DNA of 64,000 bases, from positions 14,882,001 through 14,946,000 of the forward strand of contig CM052832.1 of assembly GCA_028534125.1 (NCBI GenBank), in the 5' to 3' direction. The stretch comes from Lama glama. Taxonomy: Eukaryota. Positions 53,313 through 64,000 of the stretch are shown here, piece after piece; position 1 is the stretch's first letter, and each line of letters opens with the position of its first letter. Position numbers and translations under genes: made by a program. The notes under the pieces are model-generated. The model was given only the letters and a program-made list of their open reading frames with translations. It did no database searches and was not told the DNA's origin.

Positions 53313-53423
53313 GTGCTACTTGTGAGCAGTAGTCGCCATCCAGACCGATGGATTGTCCCTGGAGGAGGCATGGAGCCGGAGGAGGAGCCAAGTGTGGCAG
53401 CAGTCCGTGAAGTCTGTGAGGAG
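53313..53423 (+). CDS. NUDT3: NUDT3 coding exon 2, 37 codons: VLLVSSSRHPDRWIVPGGGMEPEEEPSVAAVREVCEE
   Basis: Acceptor ctctgacttccag|GTG, donor GAG|gtatgc, 111 nt, phase 0-0, joins exon 1 in frame. Contains the Nudix box GX5EX7REUXEE (the final xGU would be in the next exon). Confidence 0.97.
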
Positions 53424-56400
53424 GTATGCCTTGAGAAGAAAGGGTGCAGCTGTACCTTGTAATCGTGAACTTGTCATGTCTGTATAGCTCTAAAATTATC
53501 ACCACTCACTGAATGAACAGACTCATGGTCACAGAAAGAAGGCAAGGAAGGGGTGATCAGATTATCACATGGTAATGTTTATCAGGCACTCTATGGAAGG
53601 GGAAGGCTTATTGTAGTGACTGTATCTGATTATACCAGACAGTCCTTTGTGATTTCCCAGGGATCTCTTCCAACACTGCCTCTGTTACCTGTGGCAGAAA
53701 ATCGAGACTCAAATGGTTCATGAGCCGTATGACAGAAGAGGAATAGGCAGTTTTGGCATAAGTGGCTTATTCTCATTAACCTTTGAATGAGGAAAAAGTG
53801 GCCCTTGTTCTCCTATGCTTCCTGGGTCCTGGCAATAGAACAGTGGCTAAAGAAACAATTCTGGTAGCCATAAGCTGTTAATGGTGCATCTTGAGAGACA
53901 AGAGTATCTTTTATTTAGTGACATAATATTCAACATACATGTATTGAATTCTTTGGCCATGCCCAGTATATCTTACTAGATACTCCAGAATTAACAGTCA
54001 AAAGAAATAAAGTCTTGGTTCCCTTATTTTAAGAGCTTACAGTTTTGTTGGGGGAACTGAGAAACAATCTGCAATTCAAAACCAGGAGGAAGGAACTAAT
54101 GTTTCTCCATAGCCTCTTGCAGCAACAGTGTTCTCTGCTCTGCTTACGTTATCTCATTTAGGAGTCCTAACTCAGTGGTGTCAGTTTTACCACCCCACTT
54201 ACTTGTCCTGGTCAGATAGATAGTGCTTTTTAGACCCACTTTCTTGTTCCCGAGGAGATTTAAGACCGATTCTAAGGACATGTAAAATAGAGCTTAGAAG
54301 GAAAAAAATCTTAATTCTACATTTCTTTTGGTTTGAGCCCTTGCTGATGTCTTCTTGGACTAATTTAACTTTGGAATACCCCAGGAATTCTTTCCTTGCT
54401 GTAAACTCCTGCAGACTTATGTTGGCTCATGTTGCTCTCGTTTTATCATGTATCTGGTATCTATAACTAGGTTGTAACCTCAGAGGACAAAGATTATGTT
54501 TCCCATTCTAAATCCTCCCTTCCTGTGCCTAGTACACAGCTGAGTGAACAGAAGGTAATTAATACATGCTTCTAGGACAGATGGAACTGTGGACGGAGCA
54601 TAAAAGTCCTGAAGAAGTACCCAACTGGAAATTATCAGAGTTCTTTTTGACCCAGAAGATTTCACAATTCAGATAAATGTGGTAGGGCCAGTTGGTGGAC
54701 CTAAGCTACAAAATTTTGACTTAAATCCATTGGCTTCTGAAGGACCTAAGGCAAAAGTGATGTTTGACAGAGTTACCACAGCTCTGTGGATTCAGACAGG
54801 TTGTTGGAAGACCTGAAGTAGACTGATGGTTCTAGAATAGAGAGAAAGGAAAAAATTCAGAGACCTTGGGCAAAACTTGCTACTTGGTTTTAAAAGTTGT
54901 AGGAGGGGAGTCTGACAGCTTTACCTTTGTGGAGCACACCAGGAAAGCCGGAGAGAGATGTCAAATTGTTGTTACTGTTGTTGTTTTGTTTTTGAATGTT
55001 ATGGTTGAATTGCCGCTGGGTTATACAAGTGCAGCTAAGATGTAGGGGACTAGATGACTGCAGTAGGAATTGCAGTGAGGGATTTAGAACAGAAACAGGG
55101 TTACCCTTTTGTTTCCTGGAAATTATGTACCATCCTCCGGTAGGTAAAAGGGAGAACAGAGTGGAGTAGGAATAAAGGGGTTGGACACGAAAAGGTGAAC
55201 AGTGCAGCAACAGATAATTAAACTATACTTTTCATGTGTTCAGTATCTTCCCTACCTCCTATCTTAAAGAGAATCCTGAGTTTAAAATTAAACACTGCCT
55301 ACCATTGTCAGCCTTGACTTTGAAGAATCCTGTTTGACTTTGAGCAGATTTTTTTCCCCTCCAATCAAAGGAGAGTCCTACCATACCCTGTACTTTATTC
55401 CAGCATTATTGAGAGGATAAAGAATAAGGTACCAAATAAACCAGATGTTTGTACAAGCAATAAAAACTAGAGAAACATGTCATTACAAAGACAATCATTT
55501 CAGTGGCTTATATCAAAATAAAATGTAGGGAGTGGGTTTTCCAATTCCGTGTCTATCAACAGAGAATAAGACTTGGAATCAGAGAAGGTAGGTAGATGTT
55601 TTTTATTGCCCTTGAAGGGTAGGTTTTGTAAGCAGAAACCACTATTCAGGGATTTTAGTTTTGAAAATGCTATAACTCTTCTAAAAAAAGAACACATTTA
55701 AAAACTTAGTTCTTTCTTAATGCTTATAGATCTGATTGCTATATTTATAAGCAAAAGAGATCTTACTAGTCACTTTTAAGTGGCCTTTGGATAATACCTA
55801 GACCAATTCATTGAAGACTTTCAGATGTTTCAAATAGTGTTTATAAATTTAGTTTGATTGCTTTTTAAAGAACTTCAGTTGTCTGACTTTAAAAAAATGA
55901 AAATCTTATGAGGCTCTTCAGCAAAAAGTCCTATGAATGTCATGTGTTAAACTTACAAGTAAAGTGAATCTTTGAGTCTTTAAATATTCCCATGGCATAT
56001 ACAAATTTAAGATTTTCAGCTTGAAATCACAAGTCAGAAGTAAGTTATTTGATTATACTTTAAAAATCAAGGTTACCATCTAATAGACCAAATTGTCTTC
56101 AACATTACAAAATCATCAAATATGTCTGGTTTCCTTTACCCTTCCTGTTAAACTAGGCCAGGACTCATGGGTGACCTTATAGGGAACACTGATCCAGCTC
56201 ACTGTAGCTCAGTCAAGACTATAACTTCACAAGGCTGGCTGGCCATCATGGCATTCGTGTGGGTGGAGTGGGTATTGAGTGAGCAATCCGCAGTGTTTGG
56301 CACACCTGGCTAACTTTGTGCTTCAGCCTGAAGGCTTTTTTCTGCATGAAGTCTTTGTGATTCCTCTCTGCAGACTTAGTCTTCCTGTGTGTTTCTGTTG

Positions 56401-57136
56401 AAGGCTGTACTTCTAGCATCATATTTATCATGCTTTATTGCTTTTCTAGTTGTTTTCTGTGCTAGACTTTAGACTGTACAGTCAGGTATCATTCTTCCTT
56501 GCTCACTGTTGAAACCCCCATGCTTAACACATGACAAGTGCTTAATGAAATAAGTGCTGACTTTTGGTGTGAACACTAGAGCAGCCTCAAATGCAGTTGA
56601 GGTAGGCCCTTTTGGGTTATCAGGAGTAGACATACATCTACTAGTCCCTCAGTTAATTGAGGGAGAAGAATGTGACATTACCACAGCAGCTTCCCAGCCA
56701 GGCTGTGCAGAATTGGGAACTTAGGTCACAGTGCAGTCAGACCTTGCTAGCAGTGGGAGGATGGACAGTGGGAAGGTAGTGTGGCTCAAGAGCCTGGTCA
56801 CCACACCAGCGGCCCAGCCCTTCTCTTCCACTGTGGAAGAGCTGCCTCCTAATCTCTTCTCAGCCTCCTGACTTCTGTGTACCACTTTTTGTTTTGTGTT
56901 TTTCCTCCCTCTTGCATCACTCACCTGTCTCTTGACTCACTCCGTCTGTCTCATATTCAGCCTTCCCGAGAAAGGACTTGATTGCTTTTGCCTTTGGCAG
57001 AGATGCCAGGCCACATCAGCTTCTAGCCATTTTGGAGATGTCTGCCTTAACTTTCATTAGCTGCTGATTTCTTACTCATCTAGCTGAGCTCAGAATGACA
57101 AGGTCATGTGCTGTAAAATCATGACAACCTGTGCTT

Positions 57137-57860
57137 TTTTCTCCTTGTTTCTCTGTAGTTGATTTCTAGTTTCATGGTATTGTGATCAGTAATGATGCTT
57201 GAGATAATTTCTATCTTAAAATTGTTGAGGCTTCTTTTGTTCCCAAGTACATGATCAGCCCTAGAAAATGTTCCATGTGCACTTGAAAAGAATGTATATC
57301 CTATTTTTTAGGGGTGTAATGCTCTGAAAATATCCACCAACTCTTAGTTTTTCTGTTGTATCATTTAATTTCTCTGTTGCCTTATTTTCTGTCTGGAAGA
57401 TCGGTCTAGTGATGTTAATGTGGTGTTAAAATATCCAACAATAATTGTATTCCCATCAATTTCCCCCTTTATCTCTGTTAGTAATTGTTTTATGTCCTTA
57501 GGTGCTCCTATATTGGGTACATATATATTAATGACTGTAATATCCTCATCTTGTATTACTCCTTTAATCATTATAAAATATCCTTCTTTATCTTTTTTTA
57601 TGGCCTTTATTTTAAAGTCTGTTTTGTCTGAAATCAGTACTGCTACACCTGCTTTTTTGGCTTTTCCATTTGCATGGAATATCCTTTTCCATCCTTTCAC
57701 TTTCAATCTGTGTGTCCTTCTCACTAAGGTGGGTCTCTTGTATGCAGCGTATTGAAGGTTCTTGCTTTGTTATCCAGTCTGCCACTCTACGTCTTTTGAT
57801 TGGAGCATTTAGTCCATTAACATTTACAGTAATTAATGATAGATGTGTATTTATTGCTAT
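57137..57860 (-). pseudogene. L1 ORF2 endonuclease-domain remnant
   Basis: ITVNVNGLNAPIKR..., HRLKVKGWKRIFHANG..KKAGVAVLISDKTDFK, ending DHNTMKLEINYRE; presumed start codon reads ATA; frameshifts present. Confidence 0.9.
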
Positions 57861-58262
57861 TTTGAACTTATCTTTGCAGTTGAATTGGTATTTCCTCTTT
57901 GTTCCTTTCTTCTTCCTTTTGTGGCTTGGTAATTTTCCTTTGTATTATCTTGGATTTTATTTAGTTTTTGTGACTCACTTGTAAGTTTTTGGCTTGTGGT
58001 TACCCTTTTTTGTAACTCTATTAACCTATTACTAAGACTGTTTGTATTAAACAGATAGTAATATAAGCTCAAACCCATCCTACCATGAACAAAAAATTAA
58101 AAAAAAAAACCAACTCTGTATTTTCTTGCTTCCGTCTCCAACTCTTAATGATTTAGATGTCTTCTTTTACAATTTTGTGTTTATTCTATTTGTCATTCAT
58201 GGTAGTTATCACCTTTCCAGTTATGAGTTTCTCATTTTTGTAGCATACTGCTTCTTTTCTAT

Positions 58263-59152
58263 TTAGAGTAGACCTGTCAATATTTCTTTTGGCATGGCTT
58301 TAGTGTTGCTGAACTCTTCTAATTTTTGCTTGTCTGTGAAATTTTTTCTCTTTCCTTCTATTCTAAAGGATGTCCTTGCTGGATAAAGTATCGTAGGCTG
58401 CATCTTTTTTTCATTCAGGACTTTGAATATATCTTGCCACTCCCTTCTGGCCTGTAGTGTTTGTGTAGAGAAATCAGCTGAGAGCCTTATGGAGGTTCCC
58501 TTGTAACTCAGTTTTTCTCTTGCTTCCTTTAGGATCATTTCTTTATCCTTGACTCTGGCCATCTTGATTATGATATGTCTTGGTGTGGGTCTGTTTGGGT
58601 TCTTCCTGTGTGGGACCCTCTGAGCTTCCTGTACTTGGATATCTGATTCCTTCTGTAGGTTTGGTTTCAGTCATGATTTCTTCAAATACCTTTTCAATCC
58701 CCTTTGTTCTTTCTTCCTTTTCTGGAGCCCCTATTATGCATAGATTGGCGTGCTTTATATTATCCCATAGGTCCTTTATATTGTTTTCATTGTTTTTTAT
58801 TTGTTTTTCTCTCAGCTGTTCTGATTGGGTGCTTTCTGTTGTCCTGTCTTGTAGGTCACTTATTTGTTCCTCTTTGTTATCTAGCCTGCTTTGTACAGCC
58901 TTTAGATCAGCTCTCATCTCAGCGAATGAGTTTACCAATTCTACTTGGCTCTTTATAGCTTCAATTTCATTTTTGACATATTTTATATCTCTTAACACTT
59001 ATCATTTTTAGATCCTTCAGTGCTTTGATCACTCCTTTTTTGAAATGTTGATCTGGTAGGCCATCAATGTCTCTTTCATTGATCATTCTTTCAGGGGATC
59101 TCTCTTGATCTTTTAACTGGGAGTGGTTCCTCTGCTTCTTCATATTGCTCAT
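58263..59152 (-). pseudogene. L1 ORF1 remnant, frameshifted
   Basis: Three overlapping ORF pieces: MKKQRNHSQLKDQE..., ...DLWDNIKHANLCIIGAPE..., ...SYKGTSIRLSADFSTQTLQARREWQDIFKVL...ILYPAR. Confidence 0.92.
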
Positions 59153-59259
59153 ATCTCTCTGGCACTGTGGTTTATGGAGTATCAGTTATCTATTGTGGTC
59201 CTTAAGGAGTTTATTTATTTATCTAAAGCCTATGCAGAAATAAAACTTTAAGAAAAAGA

Positions 59260-60230
59260 GAGTTTTAAAAGGAGAAAAAAAAAGCTTTGAAAACAGTGTA
59301 TAATCAATAGTAGAAGAGCAAGTTGAAGCAGAATAGCAATCGAGTTGAGATGTCTTTTAAAAACCTTTAAAAAAGGGAGAAAAGATCAAAAAACAATATT
59401 TGAAAGCTGTATATAATCAATAACAGGAGATCAAAACCAAGAAAAATAAAAATATAATGAGGTGGATTTTTAAAAGTAATAATAAAATATTTTAAAAGAA
59501 AAATTTTAAAGGGATTAAAACTGGAGACATATACAATTGTTTAAAAAGTAAAAATTTAAAAGGTAATAGAAAATAGAACAGATTTTTTAAAAGATAAAAC
59601 GAGAGAATTTTAAAAGAAGGGAGAAAAAAAGGTTTGAAAACAGTGTATAATCAATAATAGAAAAGCAANNNNNNNNNNNNNNNNNNNNNNNNNNNNNNNN
59701 NNNNNNNNNNNNNNNNNNNNNNNNNNNNNNNNNNNNNNNNNNNNNNNNNNNNNNNNNNNNNNNNNNNNAATAAAATATTTTAAAAGAAAAATTTTAAAGG
59801 GATTAAAACTGGAGACATATACAATTGCTTAAAAAGTAAAAATTTAAAAGGTAATAGAAAATAGAACAGATTTTTTAAAAGATAAAACGAGAGAATTTTA
59901 AAAGAAGGGAGAAAAAAAAGGTTTGAAAACAGTGTATAATCAATAATAGAAAAGCAAGCTGAAGCAGAATAGCAATCGAGTTGAGATGTCTTTTTAAAAC
60001 CTTGAAAAAAGGAGAGAAAAATCAAAAATCAATATTTGAAACCTGTGTATAATCAATAACAGGAGATCAAAACCAAGAGAAATAAAAATGAAATAAAAGA
60101 ATAATAAAAAGATTTTAAAAGAAAAGTTTTAAAGAGATTAAAACTGTAGACATACACAATTGTTTAAAAAATAAAGATTAAAAATGTATTAAAAAATAGA
60201 ACAGACAAAAAAGGATTTTAAAGAAAAGGA
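59260..60230. repeat. ~345-bp AT-rich tandem repeat inside the L1 5' UTR, spanning the gap
   Basis: tttgaaaacagtgtataatcaata recurs near 59286, 59633 and 59922, with the surrounding blocks also repeated. Confidence 0.85.
59669..59768. other. Assembly gap (100 N, probably a placeholder length)
   Basis: Run of exactly 100 N. Confidence 0.99.
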
Positions 60231-63200
60231 AAGTGTTCTCCTGGAGACTGTGCGCTCTTAATGATTTTATCGAGAAGTCTTTCTGTCTTCGCTCTGTTTT
60301 GCAAACTCAGCTTGCTGTTTCCAGAGGCCCTCCGTTGGCGCCCTCGTCTGTGCTGCTCCCAGTGCCTGTAGACAAGCAGATCGCGCCCCCTCCCAACGCT
60401 GGGTCAGGTGGTGTGCTCCATCACGGTGGGCGGGCGGGTCACTACCCATCCTGATGCTGCAGTCAGATGCTGCGCTTGGGTGAGGTAGCGGGTGGGTCAC
60501 GCCCCCTCCACCGTGGTCAGGTGCTGCGTTCTGCCAGGAACGCCAGCCTCCCTCTCCCTGCGCCAGTTGCTCCGCTGCTCTGTGCAGTTGCCCACTCTGC
60601 CTCCAGTCGGCGCTCCACAGGTGGGCTCAGGGAAGACCACAGAACGGACCCGCCCCTGCCCCATGCCAAAACCCCAGGTCCTTGTTTGTCTTGGCGGCGC
60701 AAGTTCTCTGAGGTACCAGGGCAAAAAGATCCTGTCTACCTCGGGCTATAAACAAGACTCAGCTCTGCCTAGGAGGTTGCAGAGCCCCCTGGTGCGGATT
60801 CAGGTCTTGGCCCTGCCCCCGCCCTGGCACTGCACACAGGAGGAGATGGTGGCTGTGGCTGCGCCCCGCCTCTATTCTCCCGAGAAGAGCCAGTAATGGC
60901 GCGGTGGGTCTGAGGAGACAAAGGCTACGGTGCCTCTCCTCCCAGGGCACACCAGCAGTGTTGCTTTTTTTTTTCCCCGTAATTTATGGGGGGCCCAGGT
61001 TGTTCTGCTCTGAATCCCCTCCTAGCCACAGCGTGCAGCATCCTGCGGTCCCCCGGGGCTGCCTCAGTGCAGCTGCCCCACTCCTCCGCCCAGCTCAGGC
61101 AGCCTGTCCCGTCCCCCAGCTGCCGGCTCGCATCTCGGGCTGGATGTTGCAGGGACCCTTTTGTGCCCGTTTAACTTATTTCTGTCTGTCAAGGGGTCCT
61201 CGGTACAGATCTGAGCCTCAGAGGTTCCCCTCCGTCCCACTGGCCTTTCCGTTGGAGAGGGGGAGACCCAGCCAACGAACGCTATTCCTCTTTTGCCTCT
61301 CCCTCCCCGCGGGACCAGTCCCGCACTGTTTTGCTTTTTCATCTTTCTTTCTTCCTTTTCTCCTACCAGATTCGTGGTGTCTTTGTCTTTTGAAGAGGGT
61401 GATGTTCTGTTGTAGTTCAGCAGGTGCTCTGGTTGGCTTGGTGGGTCCGTGGGTGTGAGTTTTGGTGTATTTGTGGGAGAGGGTGAGCTACTAGCGTCCT
61501 TCTACTCCGCCATCTCGGCCCCTTCTTGACAGCCTGTGCTTAAGTACTGCCTACAGCAGCTTTACCAAAGGTCCTGTGTATATGGTAAAAAGATCTTTAC
61601 TAGCACAGGAGAATATCTTCAACACATTTTCTAAGTGATTAAAGCAGGTTATGAAACAGTGTTTATGATATAAAACAATTTAGTGGGAAAGAAATACATG
61701 TGTCTATTTGTATAGAAAGAACAGGTAACACTTCTTATATGCTTAGTGTATGCCATGTTCTGTTTAGCATTTTGCATTTCCTCACCAGACTCTATGAGAT
61801 AGGAGCTGTTATCATCTACATTTTACAGGTAAGAAAAAAATTGAGGTTCAGTGAGATCAGGTAATTTGTCCAAATTTTGCCCAGCTAAATGTAGTCAAGT
61901 TTTCAAGGTGAGATCTGAATGCAGAACATCTAATCTTAGCACCCATGCACCTAATGCCTTGAGACAATGTCCACCAAACGTTTACAGTGATTAGCTTTTG
62001 CGTAGCTCTTAGATTGTTAAGTTTTCTGCATTGAACATGTATTTATTTTGTACTAGAAAAACTTTCTGTGTAAGCATGAAGATTATTAAGCAGTTTATCA
62101 TTGGCATTGTCAATACTAGGTACAGTAAAATTCAACCTGTTCTGAAGCTTCTTTCAACCCAGCTTAAAAATTTTGGCATGCTGGCTGAATTTCAGAAACA
62201 GAAATCTGAAGCATTTGAAACATTAGCAATCACATTTAAAGAACTGAAGTATTTCATTTTGGAATCTGGCCTCCATTTTTTAGCTGCTTATAGTTAAAGT
62301 CCTGTTATAGTGACCCCTCAAGTGTTAGAAGGACGAGGGTTTCTCCCAGGGCTGGCCATGGGCCTTGGTAACAGTGCTCTCTAGCCGAGGACAGCAAAGG
62401 CTTGTATGAGCCAGCCTTGTGACACTCTCTCTGCAATAAAAGAGAAAAGCACTTCTTTACATGGTTTTCAGAGCTATTCTTCCTTGCCAATTCAGTGGAA
62501 AGGTAAAACTGCTGGCTGACAGGGAAGGAAAAACTGGATCTGAAACTGTTCTGTCTTCTGTTCAGCTGTTACACTTCCATTTCTTGTACCCATTCTCACC
62601 TAAGCTAAACCAGGAGTGTTATCGCAAGGATACAGAACATCTGAAAACAAGTAGAAAAAGCAAATTACGTGCATAGTTTCAACTGCATTCTATTCAAGGA
62701 TGACAAAGATGGGCACCTTCTGCCTTTAGAGAAACGTAGTCAGTAATGATAATTGAGAGTGTGGCCAAATGCCAGTTCTTTTTATCTGCTGCCTCATGTC
62801 TGGGCAGGGCCCATATCCATGGAACCATTTCTAGCATATTAACTATAAAATATTTGTAGGCAGCTTGATAATTAACCTGATACATACTTAGCTTTAAAAA
62901 AAAAAAAGAAACTATTCTCCAACTTGCTCACTTGTGTCCTGGTGTCACCCTTCTCTGCTCCTCTGGCTCAACCACCTGTTGCTTTGCCACATAAACTCAC
63001 CATCTTGGAAATTTTTTTAGGACGTCCTTGTATCTTGCTGCCCTCTCTCAAGTTTTTGATACACTGTCTTTCATAAGATAAACATTTCACAGTATGTTTG
63101 ACTTAATTCACCTTCATTTAAGAAAGTTTTTTGAACATCTAGATGCCTTAATATAGTATCAAGGATCATGGTTGCCTCAAGAACGCTGAAGTTGCTTCCT

Positions 63201-64000
63201 GATTATCTTAATCTTACATCAGCCTCTCAAGAATTTATTGTAACCGTTCTTAATCTCATTTGCATTTTCAGATAAGAACATGGAAAATGCCAAAGTGAAC
63301 TTTACTTTAAAAATCTGTATCTTCTTATCCCAATTCCTGTACTTTGTATTCCCTGCCCCTGCAAAAAAAAAAAAAGTTTGTACTCTCTTATATATGTATC
63401 ATAGCAACCAGAAAGCTCCATATGGTACTTCAGAGCTGTCTCTGACAGGGAAGCAGTGTTTCGTGTCTCTTGTTATATACAAGTAGAATATTTGAAAAGC
63501 CTGTGACTACTTCGGAATAATTTAAAATACTATTTTGTCAACCTTTTTTTAGTTCATAGTGTTTGACTCTGGAGGAGTGGATAAAAAAGTAAAAAGTGAA
63601 AAAGCTCTGACTGTGTTGTATTTTCATCTTTACTTTTTGGCCCAGCCTGAACAGTTGCGAATGGAAGGTGGGGATAGGGTATCACAGAATTTATTAGGGA
63701 AATAACATGATTTCTTTAAAATCCAGAATTTTAACCATAAAATATATATCATATTAAGAATGTTTTCAATCATTTCAATATGATAAGTAAACTAGGGGGA
63801 AGTAATGTTATAGATCGGGGGTCTCCAGCTCATAAGCTTGTAGGGAAGTAGACAGGCACTTGACGGTGGGTGCAACTCTAACAAAGTGGGGAGAGCCTAC
63901 CCTTGTCAGGAGACGGCCTCTGCTCAGGCCCAGCCACTTTTCATGTGGCAGTTAAGACCTAGTATGCCTCTGATGTTTCAAGAGAAGCGTGAAAGCTGGA

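Larger units (their letters stand above)
57137..61526 (-). mobile_element. L1 with intact 5' end (CpG-rich 5' UTR, ORF1, ORF2 endonuclease domain), truncated at the 3' side
   Basis: 5' end agaaggggccgagatggcggagtaga on the minus strand; ORF1 and EN remnants; TSD tgaca(a/g)cctgtgctt at 57122-57136 and 61527-61541. Confidence 0.93.

Noticed and set aside
60904..61458. 184-aa ORF antisense to the L1 5' UTR (ORF0-like?)
   Set aside because: Non-ATG start, GC-rich context, no similarity I can recognise; the described ORF0 is primate-specific.
53424..64000. NUDT3 exon 3 (expected AGVKGTLGRLVGIFE-like)
   Set aside because: No matching exon found by eye; it probably lies beyond the window.

Overview
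Mammalian genomic DNA, most likely a camelid (six Vic-1-type tRNA-derived SINEs; no Alu, B1 or Bov-A/BovB elements recognised). The window holds the 5' part of NUDT3 (DIPP1, diphosphoinositol polyphosphate phosphohydrolase 1) on the + strand: a CpG-island promoter (~6030-7150), coding exon 1 (6613-6711), a 46.6-kb intron 1, coding exon 2 (53313-53423, most of the Nudix box) and the start of intron 2. I did not find later exons. The rest is repeat-rich (L1, L2, MIR, MaLR/MER21 LTRs, Tigger, MER58, microsatellites) with one 100-N assembly gap. I found no convincing new protein-coding system; the other ORFs in the track are L1 remnants or apparent chance ORFs. The most interesting observations are: a triplicated target site carrying a U6 retrocopy plus an unidentified insert in tandem; a 5'-intact L1 that stops right after its endonuclease domain yet has TSDs; a SINE-L1-tail chimera inside one perfect TSD; a 51-bp micro-L1; overlapping uORFs upstream of the NUDT3 start; and a candidate recursive splice site near the middle of intron 1. 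Repeat family names come from recalled consensus sequences, not from a database search.
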